A DNA stretch of 63,681 bases, counting the filler, from Octopus bimaculoides (Eukaryota): the NCBI RefSeq assembly GCF_001194135.2. It is 7 parts of 7 records of this genome, joined end to end, with 100 filler letters (N's around TTAATTAATTAA, not from the genome) between each part and the next. Parts side by side here need not be neighbours in the genome. Positions count along the whole stretch, not along the records: positions 1 to 30,202 come from NC_069009.1; 6 more parts are not named here. One strand, 5' to 3'. A program made the position numbers and the translations under genes. Positions within the stretch are counted from its first letter, which is position 1. Every line of letters starts with the position of its first letter. The notes beneath the pieces were generated by a model. That model was given only the letters and a program-made list of their open reading frames with translations, made no database searches and had not been told where the DNA came from. Of the stretch, positions 1 to 11,200 are shown one piece after another.

Positions 1-159
1 TGTAATCGACTCATCTCCACCTCCTCCAAGCTGTCCTTGTGGCAAGAATTTGAAATAATAATAATTATTATTACTATTATTGCTGTTGTTGTTGCTTTTA
101 TTGTTATTATTATAACTATTATTTCATTATCATTATTTTTAATTTTTATTATTATTAAG

Positions 160-1520
160 ACTTTGTCTTTCACTCTTTCGAGGTCGATGAAATAAGAACC
201 AGTTCCGAGCGTTCTGAGTTCAAATCCGGTCTATTATCATTAAAAGAAATTCATCGGAAGTTATACTTATGTCAGAGGTTGAAACCATATAATTTAGCAA
301 TGGTGGTAGAGGTGAGGAGCCAATGGAAATAACATCGCTCTCCACCATTGCCACCGTCACACATCATCATATATATACCGCCCCCCCCCACTCCAAGATA
401 GTTCTTCTTTTAAATATTTTCATTATATTCTATCATCTGAGGGCGGCGCACTGGCAGCATTGTTAGCGCACTGAGCGAAATGTTTAGCAGTTTTTCACCC
501 GTCACTCCGTTCTGAGTTCAAATTCCGCCGATGTCGACTTTGCCTTTCATTTTTTCGGGGTCGATAAGTTAAGTACTAGTGGAGTACTGGGGTCTATGTA
601 ATCTACTGTCCCCTCCCCACAAAATGTAGGCCTTGTGCCTATAGGAGAAAGGATTATATTCTGCCATCTGACACAAAGATAATAATGTTTTTTTCTTTTC
701 TTGGATTTGCTCTTCAGTAAAAAAAGAACGAAAAACAAAACTCTAAACAAAAGAAAGCAAGAAGAATATTAAAATGTATATAAACAAATAAATGACAGAA
801 AATGAAACGATTAATGTGGTAGGGTACATTAAAGAGGAATCTTACGGCAAAATAAACAACTCGTTTGACAACAATCAACCACGACAGCAGTAATAATAAC
901 AATAACATTGCGCATGCACATAGCGCGCCGGACATAAACAGGAATAGCAACGAGTCCGTCTGTCTTTACGTTCTGAGTTCAAATTCCGCCGAGGTCAACA
1001 TTGCCTTTCATCCTTCCGGGCTCGAATAAATAAGTACCAGTTGAGTACTGGGATCGATGTAATAGACTTAACCCCCTCCCCCAAAACTGCTGGCCTAGAT
1101 TAGAAATGGTTATAATTCAAGACACCGAGTTGGCAGAGTCATTAGTGCATCGGATAAAAATACTTAGTGGCTTTTCTTCCGGCTTTCTGAGTTCAATTCC
1201 GTCAAGGTTGAAATTGCCTTTCATCCATTCTCGGTCGATAAAATAAATACCAGTCGATGTAATTGACTGCCTCTTACTACAAAATGCCGGGCCCTGTGTC
1301 TATATAAGAAATGATTAGAAGTATTAAGAGGGTGAATTGGTAGAATCATTAGTGCGTCGGAAGCAATGCCTTGCAGAATTATTCCGGATCTTTACGTTCT
1401 GTGATCAAATCCCATCGAGGTCAACTTTACTTTTCATCCTTCGTATGTCTGTGTGTGTGTGTGGTGGGGTTTCAATAAAATAAAGTACTAGTTAAGTACT
1501 GAGATCGATGAAATTGTGTA
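160..1520 (+). mobile_element. Cluster of ~5 copies of a tRNA-related SINE family (family A): ~160-240, 441-655, 955-1110, 1122-1315, 1330-1520
   Basis: Recurrent GTTCTGAGTTCAAATTCCGCCGAGGTCRACTTTGCCTTTCATCC...GGGGTCGATAAA..AAGTACCAG core, containing a B-box-like GTTCAAATTCC. The same core recurs at ~24770-24935 (+), ~35495-35680 (-), ~41955-42170 (+) and ~44915-45040 (+). Boundaries are approximate. Confidence 0.8.
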
Positions 1521-1743
1521 GCCCCAATTCCCTTCACTCTTCAGTATTCAGATTATTCTGCTGAATGTAATGTTTATTCATTCACATTATTTTGAATTAA
1601 TCATGCATTATTTACATTATTTACATTTGACGGATATTTGTCCTCACCTTGTTTCGGCTAGTATACTCTCCATCCTTCATCAGGTGTCTTGGAGAAATTT
1701 CGAACCTGGGTTCTCATTCCTAAGGTATTTCTCGATGTTGTTG

Positions 1744-1781
<38 letters not shown>

Positions 1782-2250
1782 ATTATTATTATTATTCATT
1801 GGTGGTTTTACTCGAAGGAAATATTTGCGAAGTGTTGTATTACACTTCGAGTAAAACCACCAATAGAAGAGAATATGACCAAAGACTGCGTGTATTCCAT
1901 CCCATGCAGCTGTGGTAGGTTATACAAAGGCAAAACATGTCGCCCCCTCAAAATAAGGCTAGATGAAACATCGCAAAGCTGTGACACGAGGAGATATTGA
2001 TAAATCGGGTATAGCTGATCATGTATGGAAAAATAGAGACCACCTCCCCTTGTGGGATGAAGTTAAAATAATAGACAGAGAACACCACTGGAAAATATGA
2101 AAACTAAAAGAAGCAGTACATATGCTAGTTCATAATAACCTTTTAAGCAGACCGAGTGCAGATATGAGTAGCATATGGGAAGCAGTATGAAGGAAGGATA
2201 GGAAAATATTAGATTTATAAGCCCTAAAATTAACTCCATAATTGCCCACA

Positions 2251-2320
2251 GGTATATGGCGTAGTGGTTAAAAGCGCGAGATACTAACCCCAAGATTTCA
2301 AGTTTGATTCCAGGCAGTGA
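2251..2320 (+). promoter_or_regulatory. tRNA-like segment with Pol III A and B boxes inside the PLE 3' region
   Basis: A-box-like TGGCGTAGTGG at 2257-2267 and B-box-like GTTTGATTCC at 2302-2311, at tRNA-like spacing. It does not fold convincingly as a complete tRNA. Confidence 0.6.
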
Positions 2321-2393
2321 ACTGAATAATAATAACAACAACAACATCGAAAAATACCTTAGGAATGAGAACCCAGGTTCGAAATTTCTCCAA

Positions 2394-2439
2394 GACACCT
2401 GATGAAGGATGGAGAGTATACTAGCCGAAACGTTGTGTT
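2394..2439 (+). ncRNA. Minimal type I hammerhead ribozyme motif (PLE type)
   Basis: GACAC-CTGATGA-A-GGATGG(agagtata)CTAGCC-GAAAC-GTT/GTGTT. Stem I is GACAC:GTGTT. Stem II has 5 of 6 pairs. Helix III is the palindrome AACGTT. Predicted cleavage is after 2434 (GUU). Confidence 0.7.
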
Positions 2440-2627
2440 AACAACAAACAAGATGAGGACAAATATCCGTCAAATGTAAATAATGTACATAATTCCCCAT
2501 CTCTCATTATTTTGTACCTTATTCGTACCAATGATGTGATTAATTTTTAGAATGACATTTTATGACGTGGCCGATTTAAAATTGCTATCCTGGTGCCAAA
2601 ATTAGAAACCATTGCTGCTGCTGCTGT

Positions 2628-2669
<42 letters not shown>

Positions 2670-3837
2670 AACATCAAGAGGTCGGTTGGGCGCGGGTTGC
2701 GAGCAGTGACCTCATGACACAGATGTGAAGGGATTTAAAACTCCCGGGTTTACAATCAGCTGTGATGTGGTAGGGTACATTAAACATTGATCATATTTTC
2801 CTTTGATCTTAGCCGAAAGCCTGAGAAGTGTCAATTAGTCATTTTATTTTCCAGTAAATTTTATAAAATGTTGTTGTCTAGGGAGAGTCATCNNNNNNNN
2901 NNNNNNNNNNNNNNNNNNNNNNNNNNNNNNNNNNNNNNNNNNNNNNNNNNNNNNNNNNNNNNNNNNNNNNNNNNNNNNNNNNNNNNNNNNNNNNNNNNNN
3001 NNNNNNNNNNNNNNNNNNNNNNNNNNNNNNNNNNNNNNNNNNNNNNNNNNNNNNNNNNNNNNNNNNNNNNNNNNNNNNNNNNNNNNNNNNNNNNNNNNNN
3101 NNNNNNNNNNNNNNNNNNNNNNNNNNNNNNNNNNNNNNNNNNNNNNNNNNNNNNNNNNNNNNNNNNNNNNNNNNNNNNNNNNNNNNNNNNNNNNNNNNNN
3201 NNNNNNNNNNNNNNNNNNNNNNNNNNNNNNNNNNNNNNNNNNNNNNNNNNNNNNNNNNNNNNNNNNNNNNNNNNNNNNNNNNNNNNNNNNNNNNNNNNNN
3301 NNNNNNNNNNNNNNNNNNNNNNNNNNNNNNNNNNNNNNNNNNNNNNNNNNNNNNNNNNNNNNNNNNNNNNNNNNNNNNNNNNNNNNNNNNNNNNNNNNNN
3401 NNNNNNNNNNNNNNNNNNNNNNNNNNNNNNNNNNNNNNNNNNNNNNNNNNNNNNNNNNNNNNNNNNNNNNNNNNNNNNNNNNNNNNNNNNNNNNNNNNNN
3501 NNNNNNNNNNNNNNNNNNNNNNNNNNNNNNNNNNNNNNNNNNNNNNNNNNNNNNNNNNNNNNNNNNNNNNNNNNNNNNNNNNNNNNNNNNNNNNNNNNNN
3601 NNNNNNNNNNNNNNNNNNNNNNNNNNNNNNNNNNNNNNNNNNNNNNNNNNNNNNNNNNNNNNNNNNNNNNNNNNNNNNNNNNNNNNNNNNNNNNNNNNNN
3701 NNNNNNNNNNNNNNNNNNNNNNNNNNNNNNNNNNNNNNNNNNNNNNNNNNNNNNNNNNNNNNNNNNNNNNNNNNNNNNNNNNNNNNNNNNNNNNNNNNNN
3801 NNNNNNNNNNNNNNNNNNNNNNNNNNNNNNNNNNNNC

Positions 3838-4290
3838 AAATAATGATATAAAAAATGGAATTGTAGAGATAAAATAGCATGTCCTTTGGTGAATAAATGT
3901 TTACGTAGAAACATTATATATAAATGTACTGTGAAAACAAGTGCACATATATAAGCATTTATAGGTGCAGTTAGTGGTAACCTTCAAGAACCGTTGGAGG
4001 AACCATGCAGCATCATTTACAATCAGCTGCAAAGGGTAATGCACATCTCTCGCAGACCTTATATAGGACCTCAAACAGAAAGAAAATACAATACAGCACG
4101 ACGTGTACGACTTGGACAATAATGCGAAATGCAAAATTATATAGCGCATGCTCAAAAGTATTCTAACTTGTGTCTTGAGGAGACACTTGAAATGATATTA
4201 TATTGATATAATGTCATGATAAAGTAATCAACAAACTCTCGAATTATTTTAACATATAACCATAGACGTAAGAGCTCATTTCTGGAATTT
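3838..4290 (+). mobile_element. Second Penelope-like GIY-YIG endonuclease relic (different family)
   Basis: Translates, with a frameshift and stops, as WNCRDKIACPLVNKCLRRNIIYKCTVKTSAHI*AFIGAVSG/TFKNRWRNHAASF...TSLADLI*DLKQKEIQYS..TWTIMRNAKLYSACSK. This fits the CNCR.K..CPL...CL...IIY...YIG....FK.R..NH..SF pattern. Confidence 0.8.
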
Positions 4291-4364
4291 ACAGAGAATA
4301 TGTAATATTCAATGTTATATCAATCCTTTCTTTCTCAAAAGTGTCATTATGATTTGGTGTCTAT

Positions 4365-4870
4365 TATTGCAACAAAATTTGTGCCTCGTTTGCTCACGGA
4401 AGATCAAAAGCAGTCACGACCGAATGCATGTCGTGAACTGAAAGAACAGTTGGAAGTTGATCCGAACCTATTTTCGAAGGTTGTCACTGGTGATGAAAGC
4501 TGGTGCTACGGCTACGATCCAGAAACGAAGCAGCAATAAAATCAGTAGAAGCATTCAATGTCACCACGCTCCCCAAAAGTGTGTCAAGTGAAGTCCAATG
4601 TCAAGGCGATGCTGATTTGTTGCATCGATGCGAAAAGAATTGTCCACACAGCATTTGTCTGAAGCGTTTGCGAGATACGGCGAGATGAAATCGCCCCGAC
4701 CTGTGGCAAAGTGGAAACTGGTGGTTTCATCACAACAGTGTACTTTCGCACGATACCTTTAGGATGAGACAGTTTTTGACCAAAAATGGCATGGTCCCAT
4801 TTATTCACCCTCCATTTTCACCCGATCTTGCTCCCTGCACCTCTTTTTTGTTCCCCCTCGTATAATGGAC
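4365..4870 (+). mobile_element. Mariner-type transposase relic
   Basis: KFVPRLLTEDQKQSR...VVTGDESWCYGYDPETKQQ, then WWFHHNS...FLTKNGMVPFIHPPFSPDLAPCTSFLFP. These correspond to the WVPRLL, TGDE, HHDNA and YSPDLAP motifs. Stops, frameshifts and loss of the third catalytic Asp indicate decay. No TIRs were found. Confidence 0.9.
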
Positions 4871-4951
4871 GTGTGGGACGGAAAATTATTGATTTGACTT
4901 CACACTGTGAAGCGAGAAGAATCGTCAAGTGTATGCATGTATGTATGTATG

Positions 4952-4982
<31 letters not shown>

Positions 4983-5914
4983 GTATGTATTTTGCTTACT
5001 TCGATTCCTCATTAAAATAATTCAAATAATCTGATAAGTTTGTCCTGCCTTGGTTTTCTTTTCCCGTTCCTTTAATTTAAATATATTTCTATGTCTACAC
5101 CAAGTGAATGAACGCGCGCGTGCGCACGAGTGTGGGGGAAGATTTTTTTCTGTGATAGCATCTATTAATGACTGATTAAGCGACTGCGATAGGAGCCAAG
5201 AACAGTTAAATTTATGAGCAGACTGGCAGGAGAAGTCAATATCCCGCTGGAATAATAAGCTGACCACATGTCCTTTGAAGTAATACACTTACAGACACAA
5301 GAGATAAGCAATTGTTCTAGTTCATATGCTGACAACATTATTACCTTAGAGTGTTAATCTATCTTCATAAAAGGCGAGACATGTCTGTGCGAAAGAAAAG
5401 GTTGCATATGAGGTTTTGTAAATTTATATTTTATACTACTGATTTATAATTTCCATTCATTAATTTTGGTATATTTATTTTATAATTTACGTGTTTGATC
5501 TTTATTACCATTAATTTATTTAGTATTTTTTTTTTATAACTTGTGTCTATGTGAATCTACGTGTTGCTCTTCGTCAAGGTAAAGCTAAAAATAGAATATG
5601 AATATAAAATAATGGGAAACTATCGATGATCCAGCAACGCTCTCTAAGTCACTCACCTGATGACATGTGAGTACACAGTTATTGCTCGTTCATAGTTGTA
5701 TCATATATAATAATATGTATCATTTGTGAAACACTCAGCTAACAACTGTTGTGAATTGGATTAAAGCCTGTTCATTCCATCGTCTTGTATTATAATTTTT
5801 TTTACACACACGCACACACACAAATATGTGTGTGTGAAATATAAGTGTGTGTGTGTGTGTGTGTGTGAAATATAACGTGTCTTGAATGGCACCACAACAC
5901 AGAGTGGACTATAA

Positions 5915-6250
5915 TTGTTGTTGGCACTCCGTCGCTTACGACGTCGAGGGTTCCAGTCGATCCGATCAACGGAACAGCCTGCTCGTGAAATCAACGTGCA
6001 AGTGGCTGAGCACTCCACAGACACGTGTACCCTTAACGTAGTTCTCGGGGATATTCAGCGTGACAAGGCTGGCCCTTTGAAATACAGGTACAACAGAAAC
6101 AGGAAGAAAGAGTGAGAGAAAGTTGTGGTGAAAGAGTACAGCAGGGTTCGCCGCCATCCCCTGCCGGAGCCTCGTGGGGCTTTAGGTGTTTTTGCTCAAT
6201 AAACACTCACAACGCCCGGTCTGGGAATCGAAACCACGATCTTATGACCG
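5915..6250 (-). mobile_element. tRNA-derived SINE family C (head cut by gap)
   Basis: Homologous to 22268-22610 (+), which begins with a tRNA-like head GAGGCGCAATGACCCAGTGGTTAGGGCAGCGGACTCGC. The same tail occurs at 50485-50630 and 52078-52290. Confidence 0.8.
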
Positions 6251-6829
6251 NNNNNNNNNNNNNNNNNNNNNNNNNNNNNNNNNNNNNNNNNNNNNNNNNN
6301 NNNNNNNNNNNNNNNNNNNNNNNNNNNNNNNNNNNNNNNNNNNNNNNNNNNNNNNNNNNNNNNNNNNNNNNNNNNNNNNNNNNNNNNNNNNNNNNNNNNN
6401 NNNNNNNNNNNNNNNNNNNNNNNNNNNNNNNNNNNNNNNNNNNNNNNNNNNNNNNNNNNNNNNNNNNNNNNNNNNNNNNNNNNNNNNNNNNNNNNNNNNN
6501 NNNNNNNNNNNNNNNNNNNNNNNNNNNNNNNNNNNNNNNNNNNNNNNNNNNNNNNNNNNNNNNNNNNNNNNNNNNNNNNNNNNNNNNNNNNNNNNNNNNN
6601 NNNNNNNNNNNNNNNNNNNNNNNNNNNNNNNNNNNNNNNNNNNNNNNNNNNNNNNNNNNNNNNNNNNNNNNNNNNNNNNNNNNNNNNNNNNNNNNNNNNN
6701 NNNNNNNNNNNNNNNNNNNNNNNNNNNNNNNNNNNNNNNNNNNNNNNNNNNNNNNNNNNNNNNNNNNNNNNNNNNNNNNNNNNNNNNNNNNNNNNNNNNN
6801 NNNNNNNNNNNNNNNNNNNTATACATGCA

Positions 6830-6956
6830 GTTTCTTTTTTTTAAACCTATACTTGCTATCGCTCTCTCTCTCCCTCTTTTGTTACGGGGACGTTAACAAA
6901 CCAACATCGGCTGTCGAGTGAAGGTGGGGGACAGATACAAGCAGAAGACACACACA

Positions 6957-7001
<45 letters not shown>

Positions 7002-7150
7002 GCGGGCTTCTTTCAGTTTCCTTTTACGAAATCTACTCACGAGGCTTTGTCTGCCCTGGGGTACAACAGAACATACTTGCCCAAGGTGCCACGCAGTAGA
7101 ACTGAATATGGAAACGTGGTTGAACGACAAACTTATCACCCGCCCACGTC
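6830..7150 (-). mobile_element. CORE-type SINE family B copy
   Basis: Same head-(TA)n-tail layout as 10775-11147 and 61105-61510. Contains the MIR-core-like CTTGGGCAAGT on the minus strand. Confidence 0.75.
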
Positions 7151-7334
7151 CGCACCTAGATAGAAGATACCGATAGAATAAGAACATACATATCTAGTCA
7201 CACATGCACACACACAGATACATACATACAAACATAGACATACAGACAAATAGACAGACTGACAAACAGGCACCATACATACATACATACATACATACAT
7301 ACATACATACATACATACATACATACATACATAC

Positions 7335-7735
7335 TCTATCGAGATTACAAATTCAAATTTATAACTGCAATTATTGGGGCACTGGGATATGTAACACACT
7401 ACCAATCTTGAGAAATTTTGCTTCTCAAAACCAAAAAGGCGAAAGCTGAGTTGAAGACTACAGATCCAAGCCATTACTGGAACTTAAAAAATCTGAAAAA
7501 CTTTCCAGAAGTTTATTTAAGTATATATTCCCAAGTCTAGACACGCAACTATATGCATGAGAATATATACATAAAACAAAACATACAAATTTGCACATAC
7601 ACATACATACATACTACCATACAAAAATAACCTGTTGATGGTGAAATTCCAATCTAGGATCTAGGTTAAAAACCGGCACCTTCTCTATTGGCAAAAAATC
7701 TTGAAATAAAACTGAATAATGACACACATACAGTA
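7335..7735 (+). mobile_element. 3' end of an R4/Dong-like (RLE-endonuclease) LINE with 3' UTR and (TACA)n
   Basis: Homologous to 21495-21935, which translates LYPDYKFRFTPVIIGAQRYVTHC..KLEKLDFSKPEGRKLIRR.QMQDITGTV. This resembles the R4/Dong C-terminal IP(V)IIGALG...LQ..GT motif. Confidence 0.65.
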
Positions 7736-8617
7736 ATGCATACACGGGAGAGTAAGGAATGATTTGACGGAAATGTGGTTACTATTTCTACAAAGTCTAG
7801 ATATCATGAAGAGGTCTACCTCATTAGCCTATAGGAATATTATTGAAATTGCTGTGATTTTGGCTGCTTCTCAAACCTTTAAGTATTGGAATTAACGGGA
7901 CTCAGAGCATTTTAAAAAGCCCGGTGCGAATGAAAGAACTGTCTGCAGGGTACCTCGACTTGCTATAACTAGCAACCAAATCACCTTCACATTTCGCCTT
8001 CTAAACGTGCACAAACATAACTACTGTTGTCGATGGACGTACATGAATGAAAGAATAGTCTAGAATAAAACGTGTTAGAATGAAAGGGATAGTGGTGGTG
8101 GTGATTATGGTGATAATATTGTAGCTGCTGTGTTAATGAGGAGGGCCAAAATGCCGATAGAGTTATGTGGGTTCGTTTCCAAGTGAAATATATTCATTGA
8201 TAATAGCAATAGATATGATGTTGGGGATGGTGGTGGCGGTGGTGGTGATGGCAGTAGTAGTGCTGGTGGTGGCAGTAGTAGTAGTGGTGGTGGTCGTCGT
8301 CGTCGTAGTGTCGACGATGACTAGAGGGGGATGAGAGACGACAAAAATGATGGTTATGATAAAAAATGACGGACACGACGATGATGATGCTTATGTTGGT
8401 CGTTACTTATGGAGGTAACGGTGATGATGGTAGTAATTGTGAAAATATGTGAACGTGTTTGTGCGTACGTGTTTAGTGTCGGTGGTGAAGGCTGTGAGAA
8501 GAGATGATAGAGTTGGTAGAGAAGGGGTGGAAGACAAAAATTGGGTCAGAACCGTGGTTCACCGCTCAGGGGCAGTTCTCTCTGCTGCAGCGGTTAGAGT
8601 AGATTCAAGTCCTTGCA

Positions 8618-8644
8618 CCGGAAGTGACGCGCCGATGACGTCAT
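8618..8644. promoter_or_regulatory. ETS/CRE composite site plus a full palindromic CRE in a CpG-rich patch
   Basis: CCGGAAGTGACG at 8618-8629 and ATGACGTCAT at 8635-8644, in unique sequence. Confidence 0.45.
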
Positions 8645-10227
8645 TGAGGGCTCGGATGGCTTTCGGTAAAATAGGAGTTGCATTAAGACTGACAGGATGT
8701 TCTTGTGACTATGCATGTACGTACGTACGTACGTATGTGTGTACATATATACATGCATATATAGACACACTCTCACACACGCATATATGTATACACACAT
8801 ATGAACGTATGTGTATATATATTTATGCATTACATCATTATATATTACACATACACACATATTTATGCATTTACATATACATCATTATATATTATACATA
8901 CACACATATATACACATACATACAAGTATATATACGCACATATATACCTAATACGTATATATGTATATATAAACGCATGCATGCATGTATGTATATATGT
9001 GTGTTTGCGTTTGTGCACGCGCGCGCATACCCATACATACACTCATATCATATGCATGGGCGTAGCCAGGATTCCCACCGGAGGGGTGTTCTCTGGTTCA
9101 TTAAAAGAGATCTACCATTAACCGTTTAATTTGGAAAAGCACAACATTAAAATAAAAGTTAGATAATAATTATACTGGCATGGTACGACCTTGTGGTACC
9201 CCTGCAGGGTACGGAGGTGCATGTACACACACACACATATGCATATATATATATATATATATATATANNNNNNNNNNNNNNNNNNNNNNNNNNNNNNNNN
9301 NNNNNNNNNNNNNNNNNNNNNNNNNNNNNNNNNNNNNNNNNNNNNNNNNNCAATTAAACCTTGGGAGAGGCATTATGCCGGTAATAAACACACGCACTGG
9401 TTCAGTCCTTTATATATATATGGTGTGTAGCCGAGTAGTTAGGGTGTGGGTCCCACTATTATAAGGTTGTGAATTCGATTCCTGACCTGGGTGGCGCGAT
9501 GCGTCTTTCAGCAAGATTAATAACTGCTCGTTACTCCAGTCAACTCAGCTGTTTTAAAACCCTAGATTTTCCATTTAATTTCTATCAAAACGTCTTAATC
9601 ACCATATAAGGTTACTCAAGGAAAAGTCCGCATGAAATACCGTTGTTGTTTAATATTTAGAAAAAACAATATTTCGAAACTAACATTTTTTTTTTACTGC
9701 CCGAACTAGATGGAAATTAAAGGAAGCTAGAACTTACACGAGAGATACTTAGCTCCGAGCACACAAGGCGCTGATAACTCAGTTCTTTTGTTTAAGCCGT
9801 TACTTCCATGAAGCAATTCTTAATTGTTCACTCAAAGGTTATATAACATTTTTCACTTGTAGCTGCCGCTCCTGTACAGTTGTGCCTTATTTTCAATCGA
9901 TTAAACAATTTTGAATTCGTGAAGACATAACAATCATATTAATTTCGAGAAAGCCGTAGCACATTTTTATCAGGCCTGACAAATGAATGTTTGTGCCTTT
10001 AATGTCGTTTTTTGAATGTTAATCCAGTTACCCCAGTGTATAATTTAGATTCATACTTTCAGGCTGTACACTACCGACTTTGTCAAACAGTTATCATAAA
10101 GAGAGCAATTCTCACAAATTCTGAGGTTGCATGATTCGTGTTGGTTGGTTGGTTGCCTATGTTTTTCATTCACCTCTGCAGCATTATGGCCTCTGATATT
10201 ACAACCGAAATACTTACTAGCTGAGCG

Positions 10228-10258
<31 letters not shown>

Positions 10259-10481
10259 AACTCTGGCATTCAAATGACTCCATAATACAGGCTTTGAATA
10301 TAACACACACACATATTCACGTTTAAGAACAGATTTATTAAATCGATCCATTATCCTCAAGCGCCTCTGCCAAGATTCGTTGCTTGAATTAAGATATAGT
10401 TTTAAACCAACAATCCTATATTTGATATTACATAACAGCAATCACTAAGCCGTCTACACAGACCATCAAGTGGACTTTCCG

Positions 10482-11200
10482 ACATTTATTTCAGCCAATC
10501 ATATCTTGAGTCTGTTGTCACAAATACATTACCCGTTCGGCAAACACGCCACCCAACATATATTTCAGCCAACCATATCTTGTGTACGTTGTTAACGTTG
10601 GTTGACATCAAAATGCAACCTCAAAATATTCAATAACATAACGCCATTTTATTACAAATAAGGCTTTGATCCTATCTTCGTTTGAGAGATGCCACAATTA
10701 CAGCTGGCGGATTACCTTGCGGTGGGATGCTAGTTGTTTGTTTGTTTGTTTGTTTATATGTATGTATTTTTTTAATTCTTTTACTTGTTGCAGTCATTTG
10801 ACTGCGGCCATGCTGGAGCACGGATTTTAGTCGAACAAATCGACCCCAGGACTTTTTTTTTTGTAAGCTTAGTACTTATTTTATTGGTCTCTTTTACCGA
10901 ACCGCTACATAAAGGGGACGTAAACACAGCAACATTGTTTGTCAAGCGATGTTGGAGGATAGACAAACAGACACACACACATACGACGAGTTTCTTTCAG
11001 TTTCCGTCTACCAAATCCACTCACAAGACTTTGGTTTGACCGAGGCTATAGTAGAAGACACTTGCTCAAGGTGCCACGCAGTGGGACTGAACCCAGGGCC
11101 ATGCGATTGGGAAGCAAGCTTCTTACCACACAGCTACGGCTGCGCCTGGGTAATGTGTTTGTGACAACAGACTCAAGATATGATTGGCTGAAATAAATGT
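10482..11200. repeat. 53-bp inverted repeat pair (10482-10534 / 11148-11200) enclosing a SINE B insertion
   Basis: ACATTTATTTCAGCCAATCATATCTTGAGTCTGTTGTCACAAATACATTACCC matches the reverse complement of 11148-11200 with one mismatch. Confidence 0.85.
10775..11147 (-). mobile_element. CORE-type SINE family B, near full length
   Basis: tRNA-like head, then CCTTGAGCAAGTGTCTTCTACTATAGCC core, short (TG)n, and a tail ending ...GGCCGCAGTCAAATGACTGCAACAAGTAAAAGA. Confidence 0.85.

Larger units (their letters stand above)
1612..2490 (+). mobile_element. 5'-truncated Penelope-like element: GIY-YIG endonuclease fragment flanked by inverted copies of its 3' terminal (pLTR-like) sequence
   Basis: 1845-2215 translates, with one frameshift and stops, as KPPIEENMTKDCVYSIPCSCGRLYKGKTCRPLKIRLDE/HRKAVTRGDIDKSGIADHVWKNRDHLPLWDEVKIIDREHHWKI*KLKEAVHM. 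This fits the PLE GIY-YIG pattern VY.IPC.C...Y.G.T.R.L..RL.EH...S.IA.H...H...W..V.I...E..W..RK.KE. 1612-1750 is the reverse complement of ~2325-2485. Confidence 0.85.

Noticed and set aside
5341-5390. 40-nt minus-strand exon-like segment with good acceptor and donor
   Set aside because: Stops in all three frames. It can only be non-coding, and there is no further evidence.
8449-9129. 226-aa ORF
   Set aside because: The second half is (TA/CA)n microsatellite and the first half has no recognisable homology.
9420-9520. tRNA-like sequences here and at SINE heads
   Set aside because: A/B boxes only, with no complete cloverleaf. They are SINE-derived rather than tRNA genes.
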